Origin: an uncultured Gemmatimonadales bacterium
GTDB taxonomy: Bacteria > Gemmatimonadota > Gemmatimonadetes > Gemmatimonadales > GWC2-71-9
Assembly: GCA_963831425.1 (NCBI GenBank)
Contig: CAWHQC010000031.1
Span: 330,199-394,198 of the forward strand
Length of the DNA stretch: 64,000 bases
Reading direction: 5' to 3'
In this document: one piece after another, positions 1 through 9,978 of the stretch
Layout of the letters: every line of letters begins with the position of its first letter
Position numbering within the stretch: the stretch's first letter is position 1
Notes under the pieces: generated by a model
Database searches by the model: none
The model's input: the letters and a program-made list of their open reading frames with translations, nothing else
What the model was told of the DNA's origin: nothing
Position numbers and translations under genes: made by a program

Positions 1-1178
1 CATCACGATCCCCAGGCCCGCCGGGCTCCTCGGGGGACTGCTTGCCGTGATGCTCGGCGCCACGGCCGCCGCTGCTCAATCGTTCGCCGAGGTCGACGCG
101 ACGGTCCGGGACGGCATTCAGCGTGGCCTGTATCCCGGCGCCGTGGTGGTCATCGGCCGGCGGGACTCGGTCCTGTATGCCCGCGGGTACGGCCACTACA
201 CCTGGAGCCCGGCCTCGCGCGTGCCCGATCCGGATTCGACGATGTGGGACATCGCCTCGATCACGAAGATCGTGGCCACGACCAGCGCGGCGATGCGGCT
301 CGTGGATCGGAACAAGCTGCAGCTCGACGCTCCGGTCCACCGCTATCTGCCCGGTTCTCGGGAGGCCCCAAGAACCGGGTGACCGTACGCATGCTGCTCG
401 ACCATACGAGCGGTCTTCGGAGTTATGTGCCGTTCTACACCAAGGCACACCGGAGCCGGGCGCGCATGATCGACCTGCTCTACGCCCAGCCGCTGGTCCG
501 TGCGCCGGGGGACAGTGCCGAATACAGCGACCTCAACGCACTCCTGCTGGGACTCGTGGTCAGAAGATCTCGGGGGTGCCGCTAGATCAGCTCGCACGGC
601 GCGAAGTCTTCGATCCGCTCGGCCTGAACAGCACCATGTACAAGCCACCCGCCTCGCTCCGGCCGCGGATCGTGCCCAGCGGCATCTGGCGCGGGCATCC
701 CGTCCCTGGCGAGGTCAACGACCAGAACGCCGTCGCGATGGGCGGGGTGGCCGGGCATGCCGGCGTGTTCTCGACCGGCATGGACCTGGCCCGCTATGCG
801 ACCGTCTGGCTCCGCGCCGGTGCCGGACCCGCAGGTCCTTGGGTGAGTCCGGCAACCATGCGCCGGTTTCTCGTCAAGGGTCCCAACAGCGGCTCGCGCC
901 TCCTCGGTTGGGACACACCCGAGCTGGAAGGCGACGAGCCCAGCGTCTTCGGCACCCTGATCAGCGACGCGGCGTACGGTCACACCGGCTTCACCGGGAC
1001 GGAGCTCTGGATCGACCCCTCGCGCGACCTCTACCTGGTGTTTCTGACCAATCGCGCCTTCGACCCGAGGACTCGCGATTCGCTCAAGGAGTTGAAGGTC
1101 GTGCGCGCGGCGCTGTCCGACGCCGCCATCCGGCTGGTGCCGCACGGCTGTGCTCAGGAGCTGGTCTCCCGCTGTTAG
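1..1178 (+). pseudogene. Serine hydrolase / class C beta-lactamase-family protein; 5' end outside window; two frameshifts as assembled
   Basis: Reading from the window start gives a signal-peptide-like GLLGGLLAVMLGATAAAAQS. The SxxK motif (ASITK) is in ORF 47..382. The family continues in ORF 244..585 (MLLDHTSGL) and ORF 123..1178 (YGHTGFTGTELWIDP). Frame switches occur near 360 and 562. Confidence 0.8.
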
Positions 1179-1230
1179 CGGGCGAGGATCGTGCTCCACT
1201 CCGGAGTGGACACACTGTTAACTTTCGGGC

Positions 1231-1557
1231 ATGACTGACGCGACCGCAGGTCCCGTGGCGCCCACCCCCGACACGGTCCGGAAGGCGCTCCGGACCGTGA
1301 AGGATCCGGAGCTCAACCTCAACATCATCGACATCGGGCTGGTCTACGATATCGAGGTGAGCGCCGCCGGCGAGGTGCACATCCGGATGACGCTCACCTC
1401 GCCGGGGTGTCCGGCCGGCACCGAGATCACCGACGACGTGAAGGCAGTCGTGTCCGATCTGGAAGGCGTCCAGGGAGTTGAAGTCGAGCTGGTGTGGGAT
1501 CCGTACTGGACGCCGGACAAGATGGACCCCCGGGTACGCGCGTTTCTCGGGTTCTGA
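1231..1557 (+). CDS. DUF59 / MIP18-family Fe-S assembly protein (SufT/PaaD-like)
   Basis: 108 aa. DPELNLNIIDIGLVY and LTSPGCPAG are typical of DUF59 proteins. Confidence 0.8.
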   Translation: MTDATAGPVAPTPDTVRKALRTVKDPELNLNIIDIGLVYDIEVSAAGEVHIRMTLTSPGCPAGTEITDDVKAVVSDLEGVQGVEVELVWDPYWTPDKMDPRVRAFLGF

Positions 1558-1586
1558 GCGTCTCGTCGTGAGTCGCTGAACGGACG

Positions 1587-2747
1587 TCAGTCTCCCGTTC
1601 CGGTTCCCTTCGCTCCCGGTTCCGCTGCCGCCGCCAGCAGGTCCGCCCCGATCTCACGCCGCTGCCAGGCCCTCAACTCCGGCACCGCCTCCAGCTCCTC
1701 GACCGTTCCGGGATTCAGCCGTGCGATCACCTCCAGCGTCCCGTTCGGGCACAGCACTCCTGGTGCGAGCTCGAGCCTGGTGGCGAGCTGGTTTCGAATG
1801 GTCTTGAGCCGGTCGAGCCGCGCCTCCACCGCGGGATCGTAGGCTCGGCGCGGCGGCCGCTCGATCCGGGGCAGCTCCGCATCCGGAAGGTCGAGGCCGC
1901 GTCGGATGGCTTCCAGGATCTCGCGGCCGCGCCGCTCGGCCTGTTCGCCGCCCACCCCGGGAATGGCCTTGAGCGCCGCCAGGTCCCTCGGGGGCGTCCT
2001 GGCCATGGCGAGCATCGGTTCGTTGTTGAGGATCCGGAAGGTGGCCCGGTCGGTCCGCTGCGCCACACCCTCCCGCCATGCATATAGCTCCCGCAGGACG
2101 GCCAGCTCGCGCCCCTTGAGCGCCTTTGCGCCCTTGAGCCGCAGATAGCCTGGTTCCCCGTCTGTCGGGCTCCAGTGCAGGTCGTGAAGCAGCGCGAACT
2201 CTTCCTCCGCCCAGGCCAGCCGGCCCCGGGCCTCGAGCTGCGTCCGCAGGATGTCGCGCAGCTCGGGCAGGAAGCGGGTGTCCGCCGCCGCGTACTCGAG
2301 CATCGCGGGCGAGAGCGGCCGTGCGGACCAGTCGGCGCGCTGAAACCGCTTGTCGAGCCGGACGCCGAGGTACTTCTCGAGCAAGGCTGCGAGTCCCACC
2401 CCGGGCTCGTTGAGGAGCTGTGCGGCGATGCGGGTGTCGAACAGGCTCGAGGCATGGTAGCCGTACTCCCGGTCGAGCAGCCGCAGGTCGTAGTCCGCGT
2501 CGTGGAACACCGTCTCCACCGCCGGGTCCGCGAGCACTTGTCCCAGCGGCGCCAGGTTCTCCACCGCGAGCGGGTCCACCACCGCCGTCTCCTCGCGCGA
2601 GCTGATCTGCAGCAGGTAGACCCGGTCGGTGAAGCGGTGAAAGCTCGCCGCCTCCGTATCCACTGCGAGCAGGGGCGCGCCGCGGAGTCGCGCGAACAGC
2701 GCCTCCAGCTCCGCCTGCGATTGGATCAACGCTACGCCGGAGCTCAC
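1587..2747 (-). CDS. rnd: Ribonuclease D (DEDD 3'-5' exonuclease plus HRDC)
   Basis: This is the C-terminal 386 codons of ORF 1587..4196, with exonuclease motifs (LAVDTEA, FHDADYD, EYAAADT). GTG 2747 overlaps the stop of the upstream small ORF (GTGA). The remainder of the 869-aa ORF is antisense to the next gene and not credible. Confidence 0.85.
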   Translation of the reverse strand: MSSGVALIQSQAELEALFARLRGAPLLAVDTEAASFHRFTDRVYLLQISSREETAVVDPLAVENLAPLGQVLADPAVETVFHDADYDLRLLDREYGYHASSLFDTRIAAQLLNEPGVGLAALLEKYLGVRLDKRFQRADWSARPLSPAMLEYAAADTRFLPELRDILRTQLEARGRLAWAEEEFALLHDLHWSPTDGEPGYLRLKGAKALKGRELAVLRELYAWREGVAQRTDRATFRILNNEPMLAMARTPPRDLAALKAIPGVGGEQAERRGREILEAIRRGLDLPDAELPRIERPPRRAYDPAVEARLDRLKTIRNQLATRLELAPGVLCPNGTLEVIARLNPGTVEELEAVPELRAWQRREIGADLLAAAAEPGAKGTGTGD

Positions 2748-2914
2748 TCGGTCTTCGACACCTGCTCGAGTCCCGCCGCGATCTCGTCCAGCGCCTTGGA
2801 CAGTGCCTTGTAGAAGTCGGCGTCGGGCTGCGGCGTCCCGCCCATCGCCGCGTCCATTTGCAGCTTGCGGGCGAGCTTCGCGGTATGGCGGATGTAGTCG
2901 GTGGCTGGTTTCAT
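2744..2914 (-). CDS. Hypothetical small protein (56 aa), translationally coupled to rnd
   Basis: ORF below the track size cutoff: MKPATDYIRHTAKLARKLQMDAAMGGTPQPDADFYKALSKALDEIAAGLEQVSKTE. Third codon positions are GC-rich. Its TGA overlaps the rnd GTG. No family recognised. Confidence 0.4.
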   Translation of the reverse strand: MKPATDYIRHTAKLARKLQMDAAMGGTPQPDADFYKALSKALDEIAAGLEQVSKTE

Positions 2915-2943
2915 CGAGGGAGTGGACGATGGGACGGAAAGAC

Positions 2944-2999
2944 GGAGAGGTGGTCTCAGTTCGGGTTGCCGGAAGTGTAGCCACCTGCCTCCGGTTTTG
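2944..2999 (+). promoter_or_regulatory. Terminator-like hairpin plus U-tract in the putative leader of the thioesterase-hydrolase gene
   Basis: GGAG-AGGTGG (2944-2953) pairs with CCACCT-gc-CTCC (2981-2992) and is followed by GGTTTTG. A competing inverted repeat is AAGACGGAGAGG (2939-2950) with CCCCTCCGTCTT (3015-3026). Confidence 0.3.
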
Positions 3000-3053
3000 C
3001 TCGGTCGTACCGTCCCCTCCGTCTTCTCTGGCCCGTGCGTCTATCTTGACCCG

Positions 3054-4265
3054 ATGTCGCCGCCCTCCGCCGTGATCGATCTCCCCGTCTATCCCGACGA
3101 GTGCGACGCGTTCGGGCACCTCAACCAGGCCTCGTTTCTCAGTCTGTTCGAGCGGGCGCGCTGGGAAATGCTGATGCGGGGACCCGGCATGGACGTCTTC
3201 ACCAGGTCCGGCGCCTGGCCGGCAGTCCGGAAGGCGGTCATCGATTATCATGCAGCCGCGTTCCCGGGCGACGTGCTGCGCTTCCACCAGGCGCTTACTC
3301 ACTACGGCCGGACCAGCTTCACCATGCGGCAGACCGCGCGGCGGCTCAAGGACGACGTGCTCCTCGCCACCGCGGAGTTCGTTTTCGTCTGCATCGACCG
3401 CGACGGCCGGCCGACGCCGGTGCCGGCTGAGTTCGGCGCGTTCATGAATGCCCCGCCCGAGCCGGGCGACATGCAGCGTGTCACGGTGAATGGTGTCAGC
3501 CTGGCTGTCGAACTCCGGGGAGAGGGCCCCGCCGTGCTGTTCGTTCACGGCTATCCCTTCGACCACACCATCTGGCGCGATCAGATCGATGCCCTGGACG
3601 GCTATCGACGCATCGCCCTCGACCTTCGCGGGATGGGGCGATCCGATGCGCCGGACCTGGGATACGGAATGGAGATCTACGCCGCGGATATCGCGGCGCT
3701 CCTCGACGCGCTCGGCATCGAGCACGTGGTGCTCTGCGGGCTGTCGATGGGCGGATATGTCATTTTCGAGTTCCTGCGGAGCTGGCGGCACCGGGTGCGG
3801 GGCGTCGTCCTCATGGATACCCGCGCGGAAGCCGATGGTGCGGAGGCGCGGCGTGCGCGTGACGCCGCGGCAGCGACCGCGCGGGACGGCGGCGCCGCCG
3901 CGATCGCCGAGTCGATGCTGCCCAGATTGCTCGCGCCCGGTACGGCGGAGCGGGCCCCCGAGGTCGCCGAGCGCCTGCGCCGCATGATGGCCGCCACTCC
4001 GGTGGCGGGAATCGTTGGCGCGCTTGCGGCCATGCGCGATCGCCGCGACAGCACCGACCTCCTCCCTGCGCTCGCGGGACTGCCGGTGCTGGTGATGGTC
4101 GGCGAGCAGGACGTACTCACGCCGCCCGATTCCGCGCGACGACTGGCCGCCGGGATCCCCCATGCGCGGCTGGTCGTGGTGCCCGGAGCGGGCCACGTCA
4201 CGCCCGTCGAGCGGCCCGCCGAGACGACTGCCGCCCTGCTCGAGTTTCTGCGGGTGGTGGGCTGA
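3054..4265 (+). CDS. Fusion protein: hotdog-fold acyl-CoA thioesterase (4HBT/YbgC type) plus alpha/beta hydrolase
   Basis: Starts at ATG 3054. The N-terminal region (DECDAFGHLNQASF) is thioesterase-like. The C-terminal region has HGYPFD, the GLSMGG nucleophile elbow and GAGHV. Confidence 0.8.
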   Translation: MSPPSAVIDLPVYPDECDAFGHLNQASFLSLFERARWEMLMRGPGMDVFTRSGAWPAVRKAVIDYHAAAFPGDVLRFHQALTHYGRTSFTMRQTARRLKDDVLLATAEFVFVCIDRDGRPTPVPAEFGAFMNAPPEPGDMQRVTVNGVSLAVELRGEGPAVLFVHGYPFDHTIWRDQIDALDGYRRIALDLRGMGRSDAPDLGYGMEIYAADIAALLDALGIEHVVLCGLSMGGYVIFEFLRSWRHRVRGVVLMDTRAEADGAEARRARDAAAATARDGGAAAIAESMLPRLLAPGTAERAPEVAERLRRMMAATPVAGIVGALAAMRDRRDSTDLLPALAGLPVLVMVGEQDVLTPPDSARRLAAGIPHARLVVVPGAGHVTPVERPAETTAALLEFLRVVG

Positions 4266-4424
4266 AACCTTTACGGGACGGGCCGCGTTGTGAGTTCGGC
4301 GGCGCGACGGATTCCCGTCCGTCCCCGTCGGACAGTAGTCCTACCACCTAGGGCTCCGGGGTCGCGGCCACGCAGTACGGTCCCGGGGCCGCTCTCCTTC
4401 AGCGTGCGGGCGGTATAACGTCGA

Positions 4425-4452
4425 GGGGGTCCCGATGCCGGGGCCCCCTTTT
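4425..4452 (+). terminator. Rho-independent terminator
   Basis: GGGGGTCCCG-atgc-CGGGGCCCCC forms a 10-bp stem with one G-U pair, followed by TTTT. It lies in the convergent spacer between the hydrolase and ferredoxin genes. Confidence 0.7.
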
Positions 4453-4473
4453 GATCCGCTCGCCGTTCGGGGC

Positions 4474-4737
4474 TTACCGTTGCGGTCGCCCGGGCGGCGT
4501 GTCGCTGCTGAACACCTCGCGGTTCTTCTCAATGTAGGAGGTCATGTTCGGCGGGACGTCTTCTTCCGGGAAGATCGCCGTCACGGGACACTCCGGCTCG
4601 CACGCGCCGCAATCGATGCACTCGTCCGGGTGGATGTACAGTTGGTCCTCGCCCTCGTAGATGCAGTCTACCGGACACACGTCCACGCAGGCGCGGTCCT
4701 TCACCCCGATGCATGCTTCGGTGATCACGTACGTCAT
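4474..4737 (-). CDS. fdxA: 7Fe-type ferredoxin (3Fe-4S/4Fe-4S)
   Basis: 87 aa, starting [26 protein letters not shown] and continuing with [18 protein letters not shown] Shine-Dalgarno sequence upstream. Confidence 0.9.
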   Translation of the reverse strand: MTYVITEACIGVKDRACVDVCPVDCIYEGEDQLYIHPDECIDCGACEPECPVTAIFPEEDVPPNMTSYIEKNREVFSSDTPPGRPQR

Positions 4738-4918
4738 TGCCGCCGGTCCTCCGGAGTGGCTGAGTCGCGCGCCTCGTGCGAGCGCATCTTCGAGTAGGTA
4801 TACGAAGGTGCGTGGGGTGGCGCAAGGGCCCGCTGGCTCTCGCCGCTCTTGCGCGCGCTGCGATTGGCGGACCGGTTACGGGTCGGGAAGAGGGCCGCCG
4901 GCAGGAGTGCCGGGTTGG

Positions 4919-5491
4919 CTAGAGGAGCCCCGGTAGTGGCGTCGCATAGCTGGTACTGCGGTCCTCGGGAGGGCCATATCGGCCGTCCGGCCCGTGGAGG
5001 CGGTGCCATTCCTCCCGCAGGCAGAATGGATCCAATCCATGCGGCCGATCTACAGCCAGCACGCCGTCGAGGTGATCGAGCTCGTGCTGGATCAGCTCGG
5101 CGCGATCACCCTCCAGGTCGACCTCGTGCCACTCGCCCTTGGTGTCCTGGTACCGCACCCGGAGCCGGTGCGCGCGCGACACACGGACGAGCAGGTTGGG
5201 GAACGAGAAGCAATCGTCCCACACTTCGAAATCCTGGTTGCCGATGTCCATGATCTCGGGATTGATGAGCGCCCACGGCTGGTCCAGTTCGCAGTAGACC
5301 ATCCGCACCGGCGCGCCGATCTGGGGGGCCGCGATCCCACGACCAGTGCCGAAGCGCGACTGCCAGTCACGCAACGTCTCGCGCATGTCGTCCAGGATCA
5401 CCCGGACTGCGGTGGACCGCGGCTTGGTGATCGGCTCGCTCCTGGCCCGGAGAACTGGATCGCCCAGCAGACGAATTCGATGGATGGTCAT
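4919..5491 (-). CDS. def: Peptide deformylase
   Basis: GIAAPQIG and QHELDHLDG (HExxH) motifs. The Cys motif is DDCFSFP rather than the canonical EGCLS. Confidence 0.9.
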   Translation of the reverse strand: MTIHRIRLLGDPVLRARSEPITKPRSTAVRVILDDMRETLRDWQSRFGTGRGIAAPQIGAPVRMVYCELDQPWALINPEIMDIGNQDFEVWDDCFSFPNLLVRVSRAHRLRVRYQDTKGEWHEVDLEGDRAELIQHELDHLDGVLAVDRPHGLDPFCLREEWHRLHGPDGRYGPPEDRSTSYATPLPGLL

Positions 5492-5603
5492 GTGAACAGA
5501 GCCTCGAAGCGTGGTTGACCGCGGGACCAGACGCTACGCATCAATATGGGATGGCCGCCGTACGCCTGCCAGAGACTGAGTGGGTTTGTTGGCCCGCTAT
5601 GGG

Positions 5604-5622
5604 AGTAGTTTAGATAACTACT
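5604..5622. promoter_or_regulatory. Perfect inverted repeat AGTAGTT-N5-AACTACT in the def/suf divergent region (candidate operator)
   Basis: Read directly from the sequence. It lies in a visibly AT-richer stretch (about 5580-5760). Confidence 0.3.
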
Positions 5623-5726
5623 ACAGAGAGCGCCATCATTCCCTGCCACATCATAGGCTAGTTCCAGGCGCGCAACAGATTGCTAAAACAGTCGGTTACG
5701 ATTTCGCACCAAGAATTTTGCGCGAA

Positions 5727-5761
5727 TTGACAATTCCGACTTTTTCACTTAAGATTCCGAC
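5727..5761 (+). promoter_or_regulatory. Putative sigma70-type suf promoter with two ATTCCGAC direct repeats
   Basis: TTGACA (5727-5732), a 17-nt spacer and TAAGAT (5750-5755). ATTCCGAC occurs at 5733-5740 and 5754-5761, 21 bp apart. The ATG 5764 is only 8 nt past the -10 element. Confidence 0.45.
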
Positions 5762-5763
5762 CT

Positions 5764-6438
5764 ATGGGCGTCCTACCGCTTCCGCTTGCCGGAGTCGTGG
5801 GCCCGCTGGGACAGCGGGGCCCGCGCAGCGCTGTACTAACGCAGCTCAAGCGGGCGAGTCGGCTGACGGCCAGGGAGCTTGCCGGCCGGCTCGGTGTGTC
5901 GCTGAACGCAGCCCGGCACCACCTCAAGGAACTCGAGGCCGAAGGGCTGGTCGAATACGAGCGGGAGCACCGTGGCGTCGGGGCGCCGGCGTTCGCCTAC
6001 CGGCTGAGCGCTTCGGGTGAGGCACTCTTTCCCAGCCGCTACGAGGCGACCCTCGCTGCCGTGCTCGACCACATGGTCGAGCGCGATGGTCGGGGGGCAG
6101 CGGTCGCAGTGCTGGAGTCACACTTCGCAGGGCTCGCCAGCCGGCTCGAGGCCGAGCTGGCCGGAAGCACCCCTGCCGAGCGGTTGCAGGCTGTCGGCCG
6201 CGTGCTCTCGGAGGAGGGCTACATGGCCGAAGTGACGGCCAGCGGCGGGCGCAGGTACGCTTACGGAGCACAACTGCGCCATCCCCGCGGTGGCCGAGCG
6301 CTTTCCCGAAATCTGCGCCGCCGAGGCTCGTTTCCTGGCGCGGGTGCTGGGAGCCGAAGTCGACCGGCGGGCGCACATGCTGAGCGGGTGCAGCGCCTGC
6401 GAATATCACGTGCGGTTCACCACCGTGCAGGAGAACTC

Positions 6439-6442
<4 letters not shown>
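5764..6442 (+). pseudogene. sufR: SufR-type transcriptional regulator of the suf operon; one frameshift as assembled
   Basis: The winged-helix LTARELAGRLGVSLNAARHHLKELEAEGLV is in ORF 5764... The Cys-rich SufR tail LTEHNCAIPAVAERFPEICAAE...SGCSACEYH is in the +1 frame, ending at TGA 6440-6442 and overlapping the sufB ATG (ATGA). The shift lies around 6236-6260. Confidence 0.75.
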
Positions 6443-7879
<1,437 letters not shown>

Positions 7880-7907
7880 TTTCTCACCATTGAACGGAGT
7901 CACGGAC

Positions 7908-8667
7908 GTGCTGGAAATCAAAGGCCTTCGCGCCACCGCCGGCGACACGGAGATCCTCAAGGGCATCGACCTCACCGTCAACGCCGGGAGAGGTCCACGC
8001 CGTCATGGGGCCCAACGGGTCCGGCAAGAGTACGCTGGCCCAGGTGCTTGCCGGCCATCCGGCATACCAGGTCACCGGCGGCTCGGTGCTCTATCAGGGC
8101 CAGGATCTGCTGGAGCTCGAGCCCGAGGAGCGCGCCCAGGCCGGGGTCTTCCTCGCCTTCCAGTATCCGGTGGAGATCCCCGGTGTCACCAACGCCTACT
8201 TCCTTCGCGCCGCATACAACGAAATCCGGAAGTCGCAAGGGCTCGAGGAGGTGGACTCGATGGACTTCCTCGATATCCTCGAAGACAAGCTCAAGCTCGT
8301 GGAGTGGGAGCCGGAGATCATGAGCCGGGCGGTCAACGCCGGTTTTTCGGGCGGCGAAAAGAAGCGCAATGAGATTCTGCAAATGGCCGTGCTCGAGCCG
8401 AAGCTCGCCATCCTGGACGAGACCGACTCCGGCCTCGATATCGACGCGCTCCGGATCGTCGCCTCCGGGGTCAACAAGCTTCGGCGCCCCGACAGCGCGA
8501 CCATCGTGGTGACGCACTACCAGCGGCTGCTCAATTACATCGTTCCCGATTACGTGCACGTGCTGTCGAACGGCCGGATCGTGAAGTCCGGCGGCAAGGA
8601 GCTGGCGCTGGAGCTCGAGGCTCGAGGCTACGAGTGGCTCGAGGAGGCGGTGGGAGTGGCGTCATGA
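7908..8667 (+). pseudogene. sufC: Fe-S cluster assembly ATPase SufC; one frameshift as assembled
   Basis: GTG 7908 opens with LEIKGLRATAGDTEILKGIDLTVNAG. A 1-nt insertion near 7988 precedes the Walker A motif (GPNGSGKST) in ORF 8005..8667. The signature LSGGEKKR variant (FSGGEKKR) is present. Confidence 0.9.
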
Positions 8668-9971
8668 CCGAGCCGTTCGTGCAGGAATTCGAGGCGAGGT
8701 CCGGCACGGCCACCGCGGAGGGCCCCGAGTGGCTCGAGCCGATCCGGCAGGCAGCCATGGAGCGGTTCGCGCGCCGCGGGTTCCCGACCGCCCGCGACGA
8801 GGAGTGGCGGTTCACCCCGATCGGCCCGATCGTCCAGGGGAGCTGGCGTCCGGCTAGCGGGGCCACCGGTGAGCTCGGCCGCGAGCAGCTCGACTCGTTC
8901 ATCTTCGGCCATCCCGACTGGACCACGCTCGTCTTCGTGAACGGCGTGTATCACGATGCGCTGAGCTCGGTGGGCCCGCTGCCGGGCGGGGTGCGGGTCG
9001 CCAGCCTCGCCGAAGCACTCCGGTCGGATGGGGCGAGCATCGAACGCCACCTCGCCCGGCACGCACCGGTGGACGAGAGCCCGTTCACTGCCCTCAACAC
9101 CGCCCTCATGCGCGAGGGGGGCGTGGTGCTGGTGGGTGCGGGAGTAGATCTGGACATGCCGGTGCACCTGCTCCAGGTCAGCACGGCGGAGGCCGCGGGA
9201 ACGGTTGCCCATCCCCGGAACCTGATCGTGGTGGAACGTGGGGCGCGCGCCTCGGTCATCGAGAGCTACGTCACCCTGGCGCCGGGCCGGAGCTACTGGA
9301 CCAACCCCGTCACCGAGGTTGCGGTGGCGGCGGGCGCATGGCTGGAGCACACCCGGATCCAGCGGGAGAGCGAGGCTGCGTTCCACGTGGGCCTCACCCA
9401 GGTGGATCAGGCGCGCGACAGTCACTACCGTTCGTTCTCCTTCGCGATGGGCGGAGCGCTCGCGCGGCACAACCTGCACGTCCGGCTGAACGACGAGAAC
9501 ATCGAGTCGCTGATGTACGGGCTGTATCTCACCCGCGGCGAGCAGGTGGTGGACAATCACACGGCCATCTACCACGACCAGCCGAATTGCCGGAGCTGGG
9601 AGGTGTACAAGGGCATTCTCGACGGCCGCTCCCGCGCCGTGTTCAACGGCAAGGTGTTCGTTCAGCCCGCGGCCCAGAAGACTGACGCCAAGCAGACGAA
9701 CCGTAACCTGCTCCTGAGCGACGGTGCACGGGTCGATACCAAGCCTCAGCTCGAGATCTTCGCGGACGATGTCAAGTGCACCCATGGCGCTACCGTTGGC
9801 CGCCTCGACGATCTGGCCCGGTTTTATGCCCGGAGCCGCGGTCTGTCGGCCAGCGCCGCCGAACGCCTGCTGACGTACGCCTTCGCGGCGGAGGTGGCCG
9901 AGGAGGTGGCACTCGTGCCCGTGCGAGAGGAACTCGACCGCCTGGTATTCGAGCGGCTGGGGAGCCTCTGA
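8664..9971 (+). CDS. sufD: Fe-S cluster assembly protein SufD
   Basis: ATG 8664 overlaps the sufC stop (ATGA). SufD-like C-terminal beta-helix region (KPQLEIFADDVKCTHGATVG). Confidence 0.9.
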   Translation: MTEPFVQEFEARSGTATAEGPEWLEPIRQAAMERFARRGFPTARDEEWRFTPIGPIVQGSWRPASGATGELGREQLDSFIFGHPDWTTLVFVNGVYHDALSSVGPLPGGVRVASLAEALRSDGASIERHLARHAPVDESPFTALNTALMREGGVVLVGAGVDLDMPVHLLQVSTAEAAGTVAHPRNLIVVERGARASVIESYVTLAPGRSYWTNPVTEVAVAAGAWLEHTRIQRESEAAFHVGLTQVDQARDSHYRSFSFAMGGALARHNLHVRLNDENIESLMYGLYLTRGEQVVDNHTAIYHDQPNCRSWEVYKGILDGRSRAVFNGKVFVQPAAQKTDAKQTNRNLLLSDGARVDTKPQLEIFADDVKCTHGATVGRLDDLARFYARSRGLSASAAERLLTYAFAAEVAEEVALVPVREELDRLVFERLGSL

Positions 9972-9978
9972 TCCGCGT

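Noticed and set aside
1195-1210. A perfect 16-bp palindrome, TCCACTCCGGAGTGGA, between the beta-lactamase-family gene and the DUF59 gene.
   Set aside because: It could be an operator or a small terminator-less hairpin. With a single copy and no T-tract I cannot tell these apart, so it is left unannotated.
1587-4196. An 869-aa minus-strand ORF that looks like a giant RNase D with a long N-terminal extension.
   Set aside because: Only the last 386 codons are RNase D-like. The extension is Arg/Gly/Pro-rich and runs antisense to the well-supported thioesterase-hydrolase gene. It is a typical shadow ORF of GC-rich DNA.
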